The notes below the pieces were generated by a model that saw only the letters and a list, made by a program, of their open reading frames with translations, did no database searches and was not told where the DNA came from. 31,969 nt of DNA, taken from positions 1 to 31,969 of IMG/VR virus record IMGVR_UViG_3300005512_000199. One strand, given 5' to 3'. This stretch comes from a virus. Lineage: Duplodnaviria > Caudoviricetes. A program made the translations under genes and the position numbers. Position 1 is the stretch's first letter; each line of letters begins with the position of its first letter. Below, in pieces: positions 14,814 through 23,754 of the stretch.

Positions 14814-17324
14814 ATGGCGATCCAAATCGGAACATCCGAACCGTCTGCTATCAAGTACGGCGATGAAACCGTTTCGGCAATCTACATCGGTCGAACGCAG
14901 GTCTACAGTTCGGAAGATCCTGTTGGCAATCCAACCTCGGTTACATGGGGCGGTGATTCTGGATATGAGAGAGTCCAGCTTGATCCGATCAACAAGGACA
15001 ATGCAGGAACCGCGGGACGAATCAACCTGATCGAGCGTGTGTACGATCAGACCTCGACTTATCAATTCTGCGTTACCGCAGACTGCGTTGATCTTGACGG
15101 AATCGCCGAGGTCCGCGTTTACTACGGCGGTCCGACCAGCTACGTTGCAACGGAACGAACCAAGGTCGGAGGCCGACAAGGCTACTGGTTCCAATTCGCA
15201 GCGGACAGCAATCCCGCATCCGTCGAGACTCGGAAGGTGTATGCGGAGATCGTTCCGACTAATCCAGCACTGATCTCAAGAGTCGTCAGCAAGACGATCC
15301 GTGTCGGATCCGCGACCGTTTCCGATCTTGCGCCAACAGATGATCTTCATCTGTCCATCGCGAATGATGTCGCGACCGACAACTCAATCCTCGAGCTCTC
15401 GACGGGGATCTACTGGCTCAGGCCGTACAATCCTGGAGTTGGAACCACTGACAAGTGGGTTGAACTGCGTGCGAAGGCCGGGCATCATCCGATCATCAAG
15501 ATTGTGCCGGCGGTGCCGACGACTTCATCATACCAGCGCGGCCAGTCTGACCGTTCCTATTTTCAATGCCGAGCATCTCATCTTGTCATCGATGGATGCA
15601 CGATCGAGACCTGGTACGCTTCATTTGAGGTCCGTGGGAGTTCTGGATTCTCAGGCTCCTGCTACTTCGGTGCGGACAACTGCACTTTCCAGGACGAATA
15701 CAACTCCGTCATAGGTCCGATCTGCGGATTCCCAAGATCAAACGCGATCACCGGCTCACTCGTTTTCTACTTCGAGAACCTCCCGTTCCGGAATGGTGTG
15801 AACACAAGATTCGATCTGCACAACAGCTCGATCTTCTGGTTCGACGCGGCCGGAGCTCACGACTACTTCAACTGCGATTGCTCGGTTGGACGCGATATCA
15901 TTGTGTTGAACCAGTCGAGCTACTTCGATCCTGAGTCGCCTGGAATCTGCATCAACGGGCTCACGAACAAATCGTATTTCAGAGACGGATCGTCGGACCT
16001 CAAGACGGTTCGGCTCTATGACAACATCAGCGGAACACGATTAGGCTTTTACGACAAATCGAACAGATACTGCTACAACTACGATGATCTGTTCGATGCG
16101 GCGCAGATGGTCTATCAAGTCGAATCTATCGACCACACTAACCCCGAAAACTACATCATCACGATGGCAGAAGGAGAAAGATTCACGCAGAACTCTCTCC
16201 CCGATTGGGCGGCGTATGAGTGGGCAATCTGGCGATGGCCGGCCGGCGTCGATCTCACCATCGAAAACAGAGAGTTCATCGGCGATCCTCCTGGTGCTGC
16301 TGGTGGCTCGTATCTTCTCCAGTGGGTGACGACTGATCGAACGGTGATTACATATCGCGACTCGCGCGGAACCGGGTTCAACGTTCAGTCTCTCGGCATC
16401 AATCCTGGTGATCGTATCGCCGTCGTTAGATGGAACCATCAGGATGCCTGCCAGTTCGCGGAGGTCAGCGGCGACAATGTCTTCGAGAATATTGTGTGCC
16501 ATGACTATGTGTCGGTCCTTGAGCAGCAGCCAATTTTTGAGAATTGTCAATCATCTAGCGGCGTGAGCGAAGTTCTGGATGTCATTTGGAATAACTGCAT
16601 CTGGCTCACGCCATCAGATCTCAATGGTAATCCATCGGACGATTTCGGAACTACCTCGTCCCAGTTCTATGTGACACCATTGCGGTGCGCGATCAAATTC
16701 TCGACGCATCCAGATCATCCGTTCCAGCTACGCGAAGACACGGCATCACTCGATCAGACAGAGTTCAATTTTGAGCTCTCGTCATCCATCATGGCTCAGG
16801 TTCAGGGAATTTTTGGTCATGACGATGAAACATGGGATCTCAAGATCAGCGATTGCCTCTATTCGGCTTTGCAGTCGATCAACCTTGTCACGACGCCAAC
16901 ATCATCGTCCCAGTATTCGACGGCAAGCCTGACAAAGTGGGGCGTGCCTTCTGGGGCTTTCACGAAGAGCTCGAGCATCCAGTCGTTGCCATATCATGTG
17001 GACGGCACAGCCCACACCGGGCAGATCGGCGCTTTGCCTGTAGGTGTTGAATGGGAACCAACGATCGGGGCTTACTTCTATCAGTTCCCAAAGGCAAGCC
17101 ACTTCAACCCAACATCTGGGACCTCTGTTTCTGTGACCGATGGTATTCTTGACTTCGACCATTCAGGTTCAGTCACATATCAATGGCGGTTGAATGATGC
17201 CGACATTGCTGGCGCAACCAGTTCGTCCTACACAGCACAGGCTAGCGATATCGGATCGAGGTTGAGCTGCTTGGTTCAGCATTCGACAGCCAAGACGATC
17301 CTCTACTTTGGAATCGTCCAGTGA
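14814..17324 (+). CDS. Large fibre/adhesin or depolymerase-like virion protein
   Basis: 836 aa; N-terminal IKYG..VSAIYIG..VY motif; central beta-helix-like segments; C-terminal TYQWRLNDADIAGATSSSYT Ig-like domain. Confidence 0.6.
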   Translation: MAIQIGTSEPSAIKYGDETVSAIYIGRTQVYSSEDPVGNPTSVTWGGDSGYERVQLDPINKDNAGTAGRINLIERVYDQTSTYQFCVTADCVDLDGIAEVRVYYGGPTSYVATERTKVGGRQGYWFQFAADSNPASVETRKVYAEIVPTNPALISRVVSKTIRVGSATVSDLAPTDDLHLSIANDVATDNSILELSTGIYWLRPYNPGVGTTDKWVELRAKAGHHPIIKIVPAVPTTSSYQRGQSDRSYFQCRASHLVIDGCTIETWYASFEVRGSSGFSGSCYFGADNCTFQDEYNSVIGPICGFPRSNAITGSLVFYFENLPFRNGVNTRFDLHNSSIFWFDAAGAHDYFNCDCSVGRDIIVLNQSSYFDPESPGICINGLTNKSYFRDGSSDLKTVRLYDNISGTRLGFYDKSNRYCYNYDDLFDAAQMVYQVESIDHTNPENYIITMAEGERFTQNSLPDWAAYEWAIWRWPAGVDLTIENREFIGDPPGAAGGSYLLQWVTTDRTVITYRDSRGTGFNVQSLGINPGDRIAVVRWNHQDACQFAEVSGDNVFENIVCHDYVSVLEQQPIFENCQSSSGVSEVLDVIWNNCIWLTPSDLNGNPSDDFGTTSSQFYVTPLRCAIKFSTHPDHPFQLREDTASLDQTEFNFELSSSIMAQVQGIFGHDDETWDLKISDCLYSALQSINLVTTPTSSSQYSTASLTKWGVPSGAFTKSSSIQSLPYHVDGTAHTGQIGALPVGVEWEPTIGAYFYQFPKASHFNPTSGTSVSVTDGILDFDHSGSVTYQWRLNDADIAGATSSSYTAQASDIGSRLSCLVQHSTAKTILYFGIVQ

Positions 17325-18835
17325 ACACCGAACTTGTCCCGATCAACGACCTCACGCCGGATCCGGCGAACGCTCGCAAGCACGGCGAGCGGAACCTCTC
17401 GGCGATCATCGACAGCCTTCGTGCGTTCGGCCAGCAGAAGCCGATCGTCGTCGATCGTCGCGGCGTCGTCATCGCCGGCAACGGCACGCTCGAAGCCGCG
17501 AAGCGTCTCGGCTGGGAGGAGATCGCCGTCGTGCGGACCGAGCTCGACCCGACGCAGGCGACGGCGTTCGGTATCGCGGACAATCGCACAGCCGAGCTCG
17601 CCGAGTGGGACGAGGACGTGCTCGTATCGCTGCTCGACTCGCTGGACGATGAGACGCGGGACCTTCTGCACTTCGACGAGAAGGAGCTCGAGGCGTTGGT
17701 GCCGAAGGCGACGGTCGAGGTCGTCGAGGACGAGGTGCCGGACGATGTCGAGCCGAGGACGAAGCCGGGCGACCTGTGGCTGCTCGGTCGTCACCGCCTG
17801 CTCTGCGGCGACTCGACGAACGCCGAGGATGTGGCGCGGCTCTTCGACGGGGCGACCGCGACGATGGTTCACGCCGACCCGCCATACGGGATGGGGAAGG
17901 AGAAGGACGGCGTCGCGAACGACAACCTCTACCGCGAAAATCTCGACGCCTTCCAGATGGAATGGTGGCGAGCCTGGCGACCGCATCTACCGGACAATGG
18001 GAGCGCGTACATCTGGGGAAACGCTCCAGACCTCTGGCGGCTCTGGTACTGCGGCGGACTGTCGGAGTCGGAGCGGATGACGATCCGGAACGAGATCGTC
18101 TGGGACAAGGGAGGAGCCGCCGCCGGTGGTATCAGTCTCGAAGGCTCGGAAGGTCCGCGACGCTATCCGTCCTCGACCGAACGATGCCTCTTCTTCATGC
18201 TTGGCGAGCAGGGCTTCAACACGAACGCCGACAACTACTGGGAAGGCTGGGAGCCGATTCGGTCCTACCTCGCCGAGCAGGTCGAGCGGTGCGGATGGAC
18301 TCGGTCGGATGTCCATCGTATTTGCGGAGTCGCGGACAGCGGTCCGGGAATGCATTCGCACTGGTTCACGACGAGCCAGTGGACGCTCATCCCGGAGGCC
18401 CACTATCGGAAACTCCAGGAAGCCGCGAAGGACCACGACGCCTTCAAGCGGGACCACGACGAACTCAAGCGGGACCACGACGAACTCAAGCGGGAACATG
18501 ACGAACTCAAGGCGGCGTTCTACGCGACCCGCGCGCACTTCGACAACACGCACGACAACATGACCGACGTTTGGTCCTTCGGTCGCGTCGCCGGCGATGA
18601 CCGGCACGGACACGCGACGCCGAAGCCAGTCGAGATGGTCGCTCGTGCGATCAAGTCCAGCAGCAGGGAAGGCGACGCGATCGCGGTCCCGTTCGGCGGC
18701 ACCGGTCCGGAGATCATCGCCGCCGAGCAGCTGAACCGGACCGCCTACGCGATGGAACTTGAGCCGGAGTGGTGCGACGTGATCGTCCGACGATGGGAGA
18801 ACCTGACAGGCGAGACGGCGGTCCTTGAGGCGTGA
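17321..18835 (+). CDS. ParB-N domain fused to beta-class adenine DNA methyltransferase (M.EcoGII-like)
   Basis: PDPANARKH..FGQQKPIVV..IAGNG..ADNRTAE ParB-N; HRLLCGDS; DPPY; HATPKP; VPFGGTG; insert SHWFTTSQW..HYRKLQ resembles M.EcoGII as recalled. Confidence 0.85.
   Translation: MNTELVPINDLTPDPANARKHGERNLSAIIDSLRAFGQQKPIVVDRRGVVIAGNGTLEAAKRLGWEEIAVVRTELDPTQATAFGIADNRTAELAEWDEDVLVSLLDSLDDETRDLLHFDEKELEALVPKATVEVVEDEVPDDVEPRTKPGDLWLLGRHRLLCGDSTNAEDVARLFDGATATMVHADPPYGMGKEKDGVANDNLYRENLDAFQMEWWRAWRPHLPDNGSAYIWGNAPDLWRLWYCGGLSESERMTIRNEIVWDKGGAAAGGISLEGSEGPRRYPSSTERCLFFMLGEQGFNTNADNYWEGWEPIRSYLAEQVERCGWTRSDVHRICGVADSGPGMHSHWFTTSQWTLIPEAHYRKLQEAAKDHDAFKRDHDELKRDHDELKREHDELKAAFYATRAHFDNTHDNMTDVWSFGRVAGDDRHGHATPKPVEMVARAIKSSSREGDAIAVPFGGTGPEIIAAEQLNRTAYAMELEPEWCDVIVRRWENLTGETAVLEA
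18430..18513 (+). repeat. 21-bp tandem repeat (4 units) encoding heptad DHDELKR
   Basis: GGACCACGACGAACTCAAGCG twice exact, flanked by two degenerate copies. Confidence 0.9.
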
Positions 18836-20016
18836 GGCTCCAGATCGAGCCGATTGAAGACGCACTCCACGACGGCCAGCTCCGCGTTCTCCGCGAGGCT
18901 GGCCGATTCAACGTCCTCGAGTGCGGGCGACGATTCGGCAAGACACACCTCGGAGCCCAGCTCGCGATCGAGACCGCGATCGACGGCGGCGAGGTCGGAT
19001 GGTTCGCACCGACCTACCGCTACCTCGCGGATCCGTGGCGGACGATCGAGAAGGCGATCGGTCCGGCCGTCGTCAAGACCGACCGCGTCGAGAAGCGGCT
19101 CGAACTGATCTCCGGCGGCTCGATCGACTTCTGGTCGCTCGATTCCGTCGATGCCGGCCGAGGTCGCCGCTACGACCGCGTCATCATCGACGAGGCTGGC
19201 ATCGTCCGCGACCTCGGTCCGGCGTGGCAGGAGACGATCCGAGCGACCCTCGCAGACCGGCAGGGCGACGCATGGTTCCTCGGGACGCCGAAGGGCCGGA
19301 ACTTCTTCCACCGATGCTTTGAGCGTGGTCAGATCGCGGACGGCGGCTGGAGATCCTGGCGACTGCCGACGACGACGAACCCGACGATCCGCGAGGAGGA
19401 GATCGAAGCGGCCAAGAAGGAACTCCCGAAGCAGGTCTTCGAGCAGGAGTTCCTCGGCATCCCGGCCGACGACGGCGGCAACCCGTTCGGGCTCGACGCG
19501 ATCGAGCGGTGCGTCGCCGATCTCTCGACCGACCCTGTCGCCGCGATCGGCATCGACCTCGCGAAGTCCGTTGACTGGACCGTCGTCTGCGGGCTCGATA
19601 AAGACGGTCGCGTCGCGATGCTCGAGCGATGGCAAGGACCATGGGCCGAGACGATCCGGAAAATTCAAAATCTGATTTTGGAATACCCAGTCCTCATCGA
19701 CTCGACCGGCGTCGGTGATCCGATCGTCGAGGATCTCCAGCGACGGCATCCTCGCGTCGAGGGCTTCAAGTTCTCGCAGACCTCCAAGCAGCAGCTCATG
19801 GAAGGGCTCGCGACCGCGTTCCAGGTCGGCAAGGTCTCGATTCCCGACGGCTGGCTTCGTACAGAGTGCGAGACATTCGAATATCAATACACGCGGACGG
19901 GCGTTCGCTATGAGGCTCCGGGCGGCATGCACGACGACGGCGTGTGTGCTCTCGCTCTCGCGCTCCGGTGCCTCGACACGAAGGCACGGACCGGGTTCGA
20001 CTTCAGGGTACTTTGA
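18832..20016 (+). CDS. terL: Terminase large subunit
   Basis: Walker A GRRFGKT, Walker B IIDEA, GTPKG coupling motif, GIDLA and HDDGV nuclease motifs. Confidence 0.95.
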   Translation: MRLQIEPIEDALHDGQLRVLREAGRFNVLECGRRFGKTHLGAQLAIETAIDGGEVGWFAPTYRYLADPWRTIEKAIGPAVVKTDRVEKRLELISGGSIDFWSLDSVDAGRGRRYDRVIIDEAGIVRDLGPAWQETIRATLADRQGDAWFLGTPKGRNFFHRCFERGQIADGGWRSWRLPTTTNPTIREEEIEAAKKELPKQVFEQEFLGIPADDGGNPFGLDAIERCVADLSTDPVAAIGIDLAKSVDWTVVCGLDKDGRVAMLERWQGPWAETIRKIQNLILEYPVLIDSTGVGDPIVEDLQRRHPRVEGFKFSQTSKQQLMEGLATAFQVGKVSIPDGWLRTECETFEYQYTRTGVRYEAPGGMHDDGVCALALALRCLDTKARTGFDFRVL

Positions 20017-20019
20017 CAC

Positions 20020-23000
20020 ATGCCGATCTCTGATCTCTTCGGACTACTCCAGAAGCGGCAGACGACGCCGGACAAGTACCTTGCGTCGAGCGTGAACATC
20101 GTGAGCGGCGGTCAGCACGGAGCCCAGCGTGCTCCGTTCTCGCCGTATTCCGGTGTCCGTGCGTTCCGCTCCTGGGTCTACGCTGCGGCTCAGATCAACG
20201 CGAACGCGGTCGCGGCTCTACCGCTGCGGCTCTACGCGAAGAAGGACGCGACGCCGCTCCCGACGCGATCGATCCCGCGAGGCCGCAAGGCGTACATGAT
20301 GGGCGACCTCGCCGGAGACGCTCGGCCGTCGGCGTCGGTGATGCGGAAGGCCGTCGCGTACGGTGACGACTTCGAGGAAGTGACCGGCTCGCATCCGATC
20401 ACGGATCTCCTCGCTCGGGCGAATCCGTTCCTCAACGGCTTCGACCTCTCGGTGCTTCGGATCCTCTACGGCGAGCTGACCGGCAACGCCTACCTGCACC
20501 CGATCATCGACGAGGCGTCCGGCCTGCCGGCGGAGATTTGGCCGCTGGCTCCGCACTACGTCGAAGTCATCCCGGACGACGACGAGTTCATCCGGGGCTA
20601 TGTCTACGGCGTGGACTCGCAGCACAAGCAGATCTTCGAGCCGGACGAGGTGATCCACTTCCGCCGGCCGAATCCTGGGAACTACTTCTACGGGCTCGGC
20701 AAGGTCGAGGCGGCGTGGGGCGTGATCCAGGCGAACGAGGCGGTCCACGAGATGGACCTCGCGACGTTCGCGAATCAGGCTCGGCCGGACTACGCGGTCG
20801 TCGTCAAGGGCAACCCGACCGGCGACCAGCTCGATCGGTTCCAGCAGCAGGTCGAGAACAAGCTCCGAGGCACTCGCAAGAATGGTTCATTCCTTGCGAT
20901 GTCCGGCGACGTTCAGTTTACCCCGCTGAACTTTCCGCCGAAGGATCTCGCTGGTCGCGAGGAGATCGTCGAGGAGATCGCGGCGGTGTTCGGCGTGCCG
21001 GTCTCGATGCTGAAGGCGAACGACCCGAACCTCGCATCGGCCCAGACCGGATTCGCTCAGTGGCGCGAAGGCACGATCCTCCCGCTCTGCCGCATGGACG
21101 AGGAGGAGTTGAATCAGTCGCTGCTCCCGATGTTCGGGCTTGAGGACACGCACTGCCTCGCCTACGACAACCCGGTGCCGGCGGACAAGGCGTACGAGCT
21201 CCAAGAGCGGCAGACGGCCGTTGCGGGCGGCTGGCGGACGCCGAATGAGGCTCGGATCGAAGAGGGACGCGAGCCGATCGACGACGAGTTCGCCGATCGT
21301 CTCCTCGTTGGCGGCCAGCCGATCGGAGGCGGAGGCTTCGGGGGGGCAGGTGGGCTGCTCTCCGTTGACTCTCCCGGTCCCGCCGACTCAGGTGGCGAGG
21401 CCGGGCTCGACTTCGGGTTCGCGTCCTCGCTGCTTCAGTCGCTCCGCGAGCGTCGCTTGACCGGCTACTCCGTGACCAAGATGCTCCAGCAGGCCGGCTT
21501 CAGCCGAGCCATCGCTGAGCGGATCGTCGAGGCGGAGGAGAAGGCAATCGCCGAGGAATCTGCGGCAAAGCGGGACAAGATTCACCGCATGCCCGACGAG
21601 CCGTTCGACGACTGCGTCGAGCGTGGGATCGAAGTCGTGATGGCCGAGGGCTACGACCGCGAGCAGGCCGTCGCGATGGCCTATTCGATGTGCGAGGGCT
21701 CGAAGGCGGCCGGCGAAGAGAAGGCGATCGCCGATGTTGATCTTGAGCCGACGGAGGAGATGGCGGCTCTTGCCGAGCGTGGGCTGAAGCTCCGGGAAGA
21801 GTACGGTCGCGGCGGCACCGAGGCCGGCGTCGCTCGTGCTCGCGACATCAAGAACCGGGCGAACCTCTCGCCGGAGACGGTCGGCCGGATGGCGAACTTC
21901 TTCGGTCGGCATCGGGTCGACCTCGATGCGCCGGCGGCGGACCCTGGCCATGAGGACTATCCGTCCGCCGGCGTCATCGCTTGGCTGCTTTGGGGCGGCG
22001 ATCCGGCCGATCCGGACGGAGCTGGTGCCGCGTGGGCCGAGCGGAAGATGGACGAGCTCGAACGAGCCGAGGAGAAGGGCGAGGCCGAACCAGAGGAGAA
22101 GGCGTGCGGATGCTGTGATCCGGTCACGAAGGCCGCGAAGGTCTACGAGTGGCCCGAAGAGGTCAAGTGGTACCGGCTCGCGATCGAAGGGCTCGAAGAC
22201 GACTACGAGCGGCTGCGGCCAAAGGCAGTAGACGGGAGCCCTGACGCTGACGACGACATCCGCGAAGGTGAGCGGAAGACGCCCGCGATGCGGATCCGGC
22301 ACATCGTCCGTGAGAACTTGAAGATCGTTCGGGAACGGTTCGTAGAGGCTCTACGGTCCGGCGAGATCGCCTCCGTCCCGCAGAAGGCAGATACACGCCG
22401 TCAAGCCCTCCGAAAGATCCTGGAAGATCTGACGGACGCTCGCGGAAAGGCGCTTGAGGAGCTGATCGGAGCCTTCGAGGATGCGGCTCGCGGCGGTTCG
22501 TCCGTTGGCTCGGCTCGTCTGAATGAACTTCTTTCCAATGTCGGAGGTGGTCGGTTCTCGACGCCGGAGCTCTCAAAGCAGGTTGCGGAAGCACTGACCA
22601 AGCGGGCGGCGCTCCTGACCGAATCGATCTTCGAGAACACGCTCGAGCAATTCAATAGCAACGTGGGCAAGGAGTTCACGATTGATCGCGAGATCAATCG
22701 GATCATGACTCAAGATCCTTCGGTATCCGAGTCGCGTGCAGAGATGATCGCGAGGACCGAATCCGCGAACGCCTACCACGAGGGTCAGATCGACGCCTGG
22801 AAGCAATCCGGCGTTACGGACAAGAAGCACTTTCTCATGGCTGCTGGAGCCTGCGAGTTCTGCCAAGCGGTGAACAAGGCATACGGACCAGATGGAAAGG
22901 CACTCGCAATCGACGAGCCGCTGGTCAAGGCCGGGCAGACGATCGAAGCTGCAAACGGGAAGAAGATGAAGGTCGGACGTGATTCTCAGGGCATCGTGCA

Positions 23001-23049
23001 TCCGAACTGCCGATGCGATTTCGTGGCCGTTCTGGAAGACTTCGGATGA
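20020..23049 (+). CDS. Portal protein fused to internal domains and C-terminal MuF (gpF/SPP1 gp7-like) domain
   Basis: LTGNAY, EVIHFR, EEIAAVFGVP, TPNEAR portal motifs; C-terminal RAEMIARTES..CEFC..HPNCRC MuF motifs; single 1009-aa ORF. Confidence 0.9.
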   Translation: MPISDLFGLLQKRQTTPDKYLASSVNIVSGGQHGAQRAPFSPYSGVRAFRSWVYAAAQINANAVAALPLRLYAKKDATPLPTRSIPRGRKAYMMGDLAGDARPSASVMRKAVAYGDDFEEVTGSHPITDLLARANPFLNGFDLSVLRILYGELTGNAYLHPIIDEASGLPAEIWPLAPHYVEVIPDDDEFIRGYVYGVDSQHKQIFEPDEVIHFRRPNPGNYFYGLGKVEAAWGVIQANEAVHEMDLATFANQARPDYAVVVKGNPTGDQLDRFQQQVENKLRGTRKNGSFLAMSGDVQFTPLNFPPKDLAGREEIVEEIAAVFGVPVSMLKANDPNLASAQTGFAQWREGTILPLCRMDEEELNQSLLPMFGLEDTHCLAYDNPVPADKAYELQERQTAVAGGWRTPNEARIEEGREPIDDEFADRLLVGGQPIGGGGFGGAGGLLSVDSPGPADSGGEAGLDFGFASSLLQSLRERRLTGYSVTKMLQQAGFSRAIAERIVEAEEKAIAEESAAKRDKIHRMPDEPFDDCVERGIEVVMAEGYDREQAVAMAYSMCEGSKAAGEEKAIADVDLEPTEEMAALAERGLKLREEYGRGGTEAGVARARDIKNRANLSPETVGRMANFFGRHRVDLDAPAADPGHEDYPSAGVIAWLLWGGDPADPDGAGAAWAERKMDELERAEEKGEAEPEEKACGCCDPVTKAAKVYEWPEEVKWYRLAIEGLEDDYERLRPKAVDGSPDADDDIREGERKTPAMRIRHIVRENLKIVRERFVEALRSGEIASVPQKADTRRQALRKILEDLTDARGKALEELIGAFEDAARGGSSVGSARLNELLSNVGGGRFSTPELSKQVAEALTKRAALLTESIFENTLEQFNSNVGKEFTIDREINRIMTQDPSVSESRAEMIARTESANAYHEGQIDAWKQSGVTDKKHFLMAAGACEFCQAVNKAYGPDGKALAIDEPLVKAGQTIEAANGKKMKVGRDSQGIVHPNCRCDFVAVLEDFG

Positions 23050-23639
23050 TCCGCAAGACGCTCAGTGCAAATATCGAGAAGGTCGACGGCGTCAAGGTCG
23101 AGGCGACCATCACGACCGAGACGATCGACCGTGACGGCGAGGTGCTGATCTCGCAAGGCATGGACGCGACCCTGTACGAGAAGAACCCGGTCGTCTTCTA
23201 CAACCACGAATACCGTGAGCCGATCGGCAAGATCACCGAACTGCGGCGAAGCAAGGGCAAGATCGACGCCACGATCAAGTTCTGGCAGCGACCAGACAAC
23301 TTCGAGGGCTCGTACCTCCCGCAGTTCGTCGAGAGCCTCGTAGTTCAGGGCATTGTCAAGGGAATTTCGGTCGGCTTCGTTCCGCTCGACGGCGGCGTCC
23401 GCAAGGCGTCGAAAGAAGATCGCGAGAAGTACGGCGACAAAGTGCGAAGGGTCTACTCGAAGTGGGAGCTGTACGAGGTCTCGATCGCTCCTCTGCCGGC
23501 GAACGCGAACGCACTTGTATCGGCTGTCCGGAAGGGACTCGTTGCCAAGGACGACGCCGTACGATGGCTCGACTTCGACGCGAATCGTCGGGTGATCGAG
23601 ATCAGCGTCCCGACGCGAGGGCGTCTTTCGACTATCTGA
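23046..23639 (+). CDS. HK97-type prohead maturation protease
   Basis: DRDGE, NPVVFYNH, GISVGF, ELYEVSIAPLPAN motifs. Confidence 0.9.
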   Translation: MIRKTLSANIEKVDGVKVEATITTETIDRDGEVLISQGMDATLYEKNPVVFYNHEYREPIGKITELRRSKGKIDATIKFWQRPDNFEGSYLPQFVESLVVQGIVKGISVGFVPLDGGVRKASKEDREKYGDKVRRVYSKWELYEVSIAPLPANANALVSAVRKGLVAKDDAVRWLDFDANRRVIEISVPTRGRLSTI

Positions 23640-23754
23640 CTTGCAACGCGACATAGTCGAGATCCGGGCGGATGGCCGACAGGGCCGGGCCGATGGGTCA
23701 ATGACACGAGCGCGAATCGTTCCGTCTCATTCACTCAACGCAAAGGAACTAGCG

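Noticed and set aside
13137-17324. Diversity-generating retroelement implied by Mtd_N
   Set aside because: No reverse transcriptase, Avd or adenine-mismatched repeat pair seen; terminal-repeat mismatches are not adenine-specific
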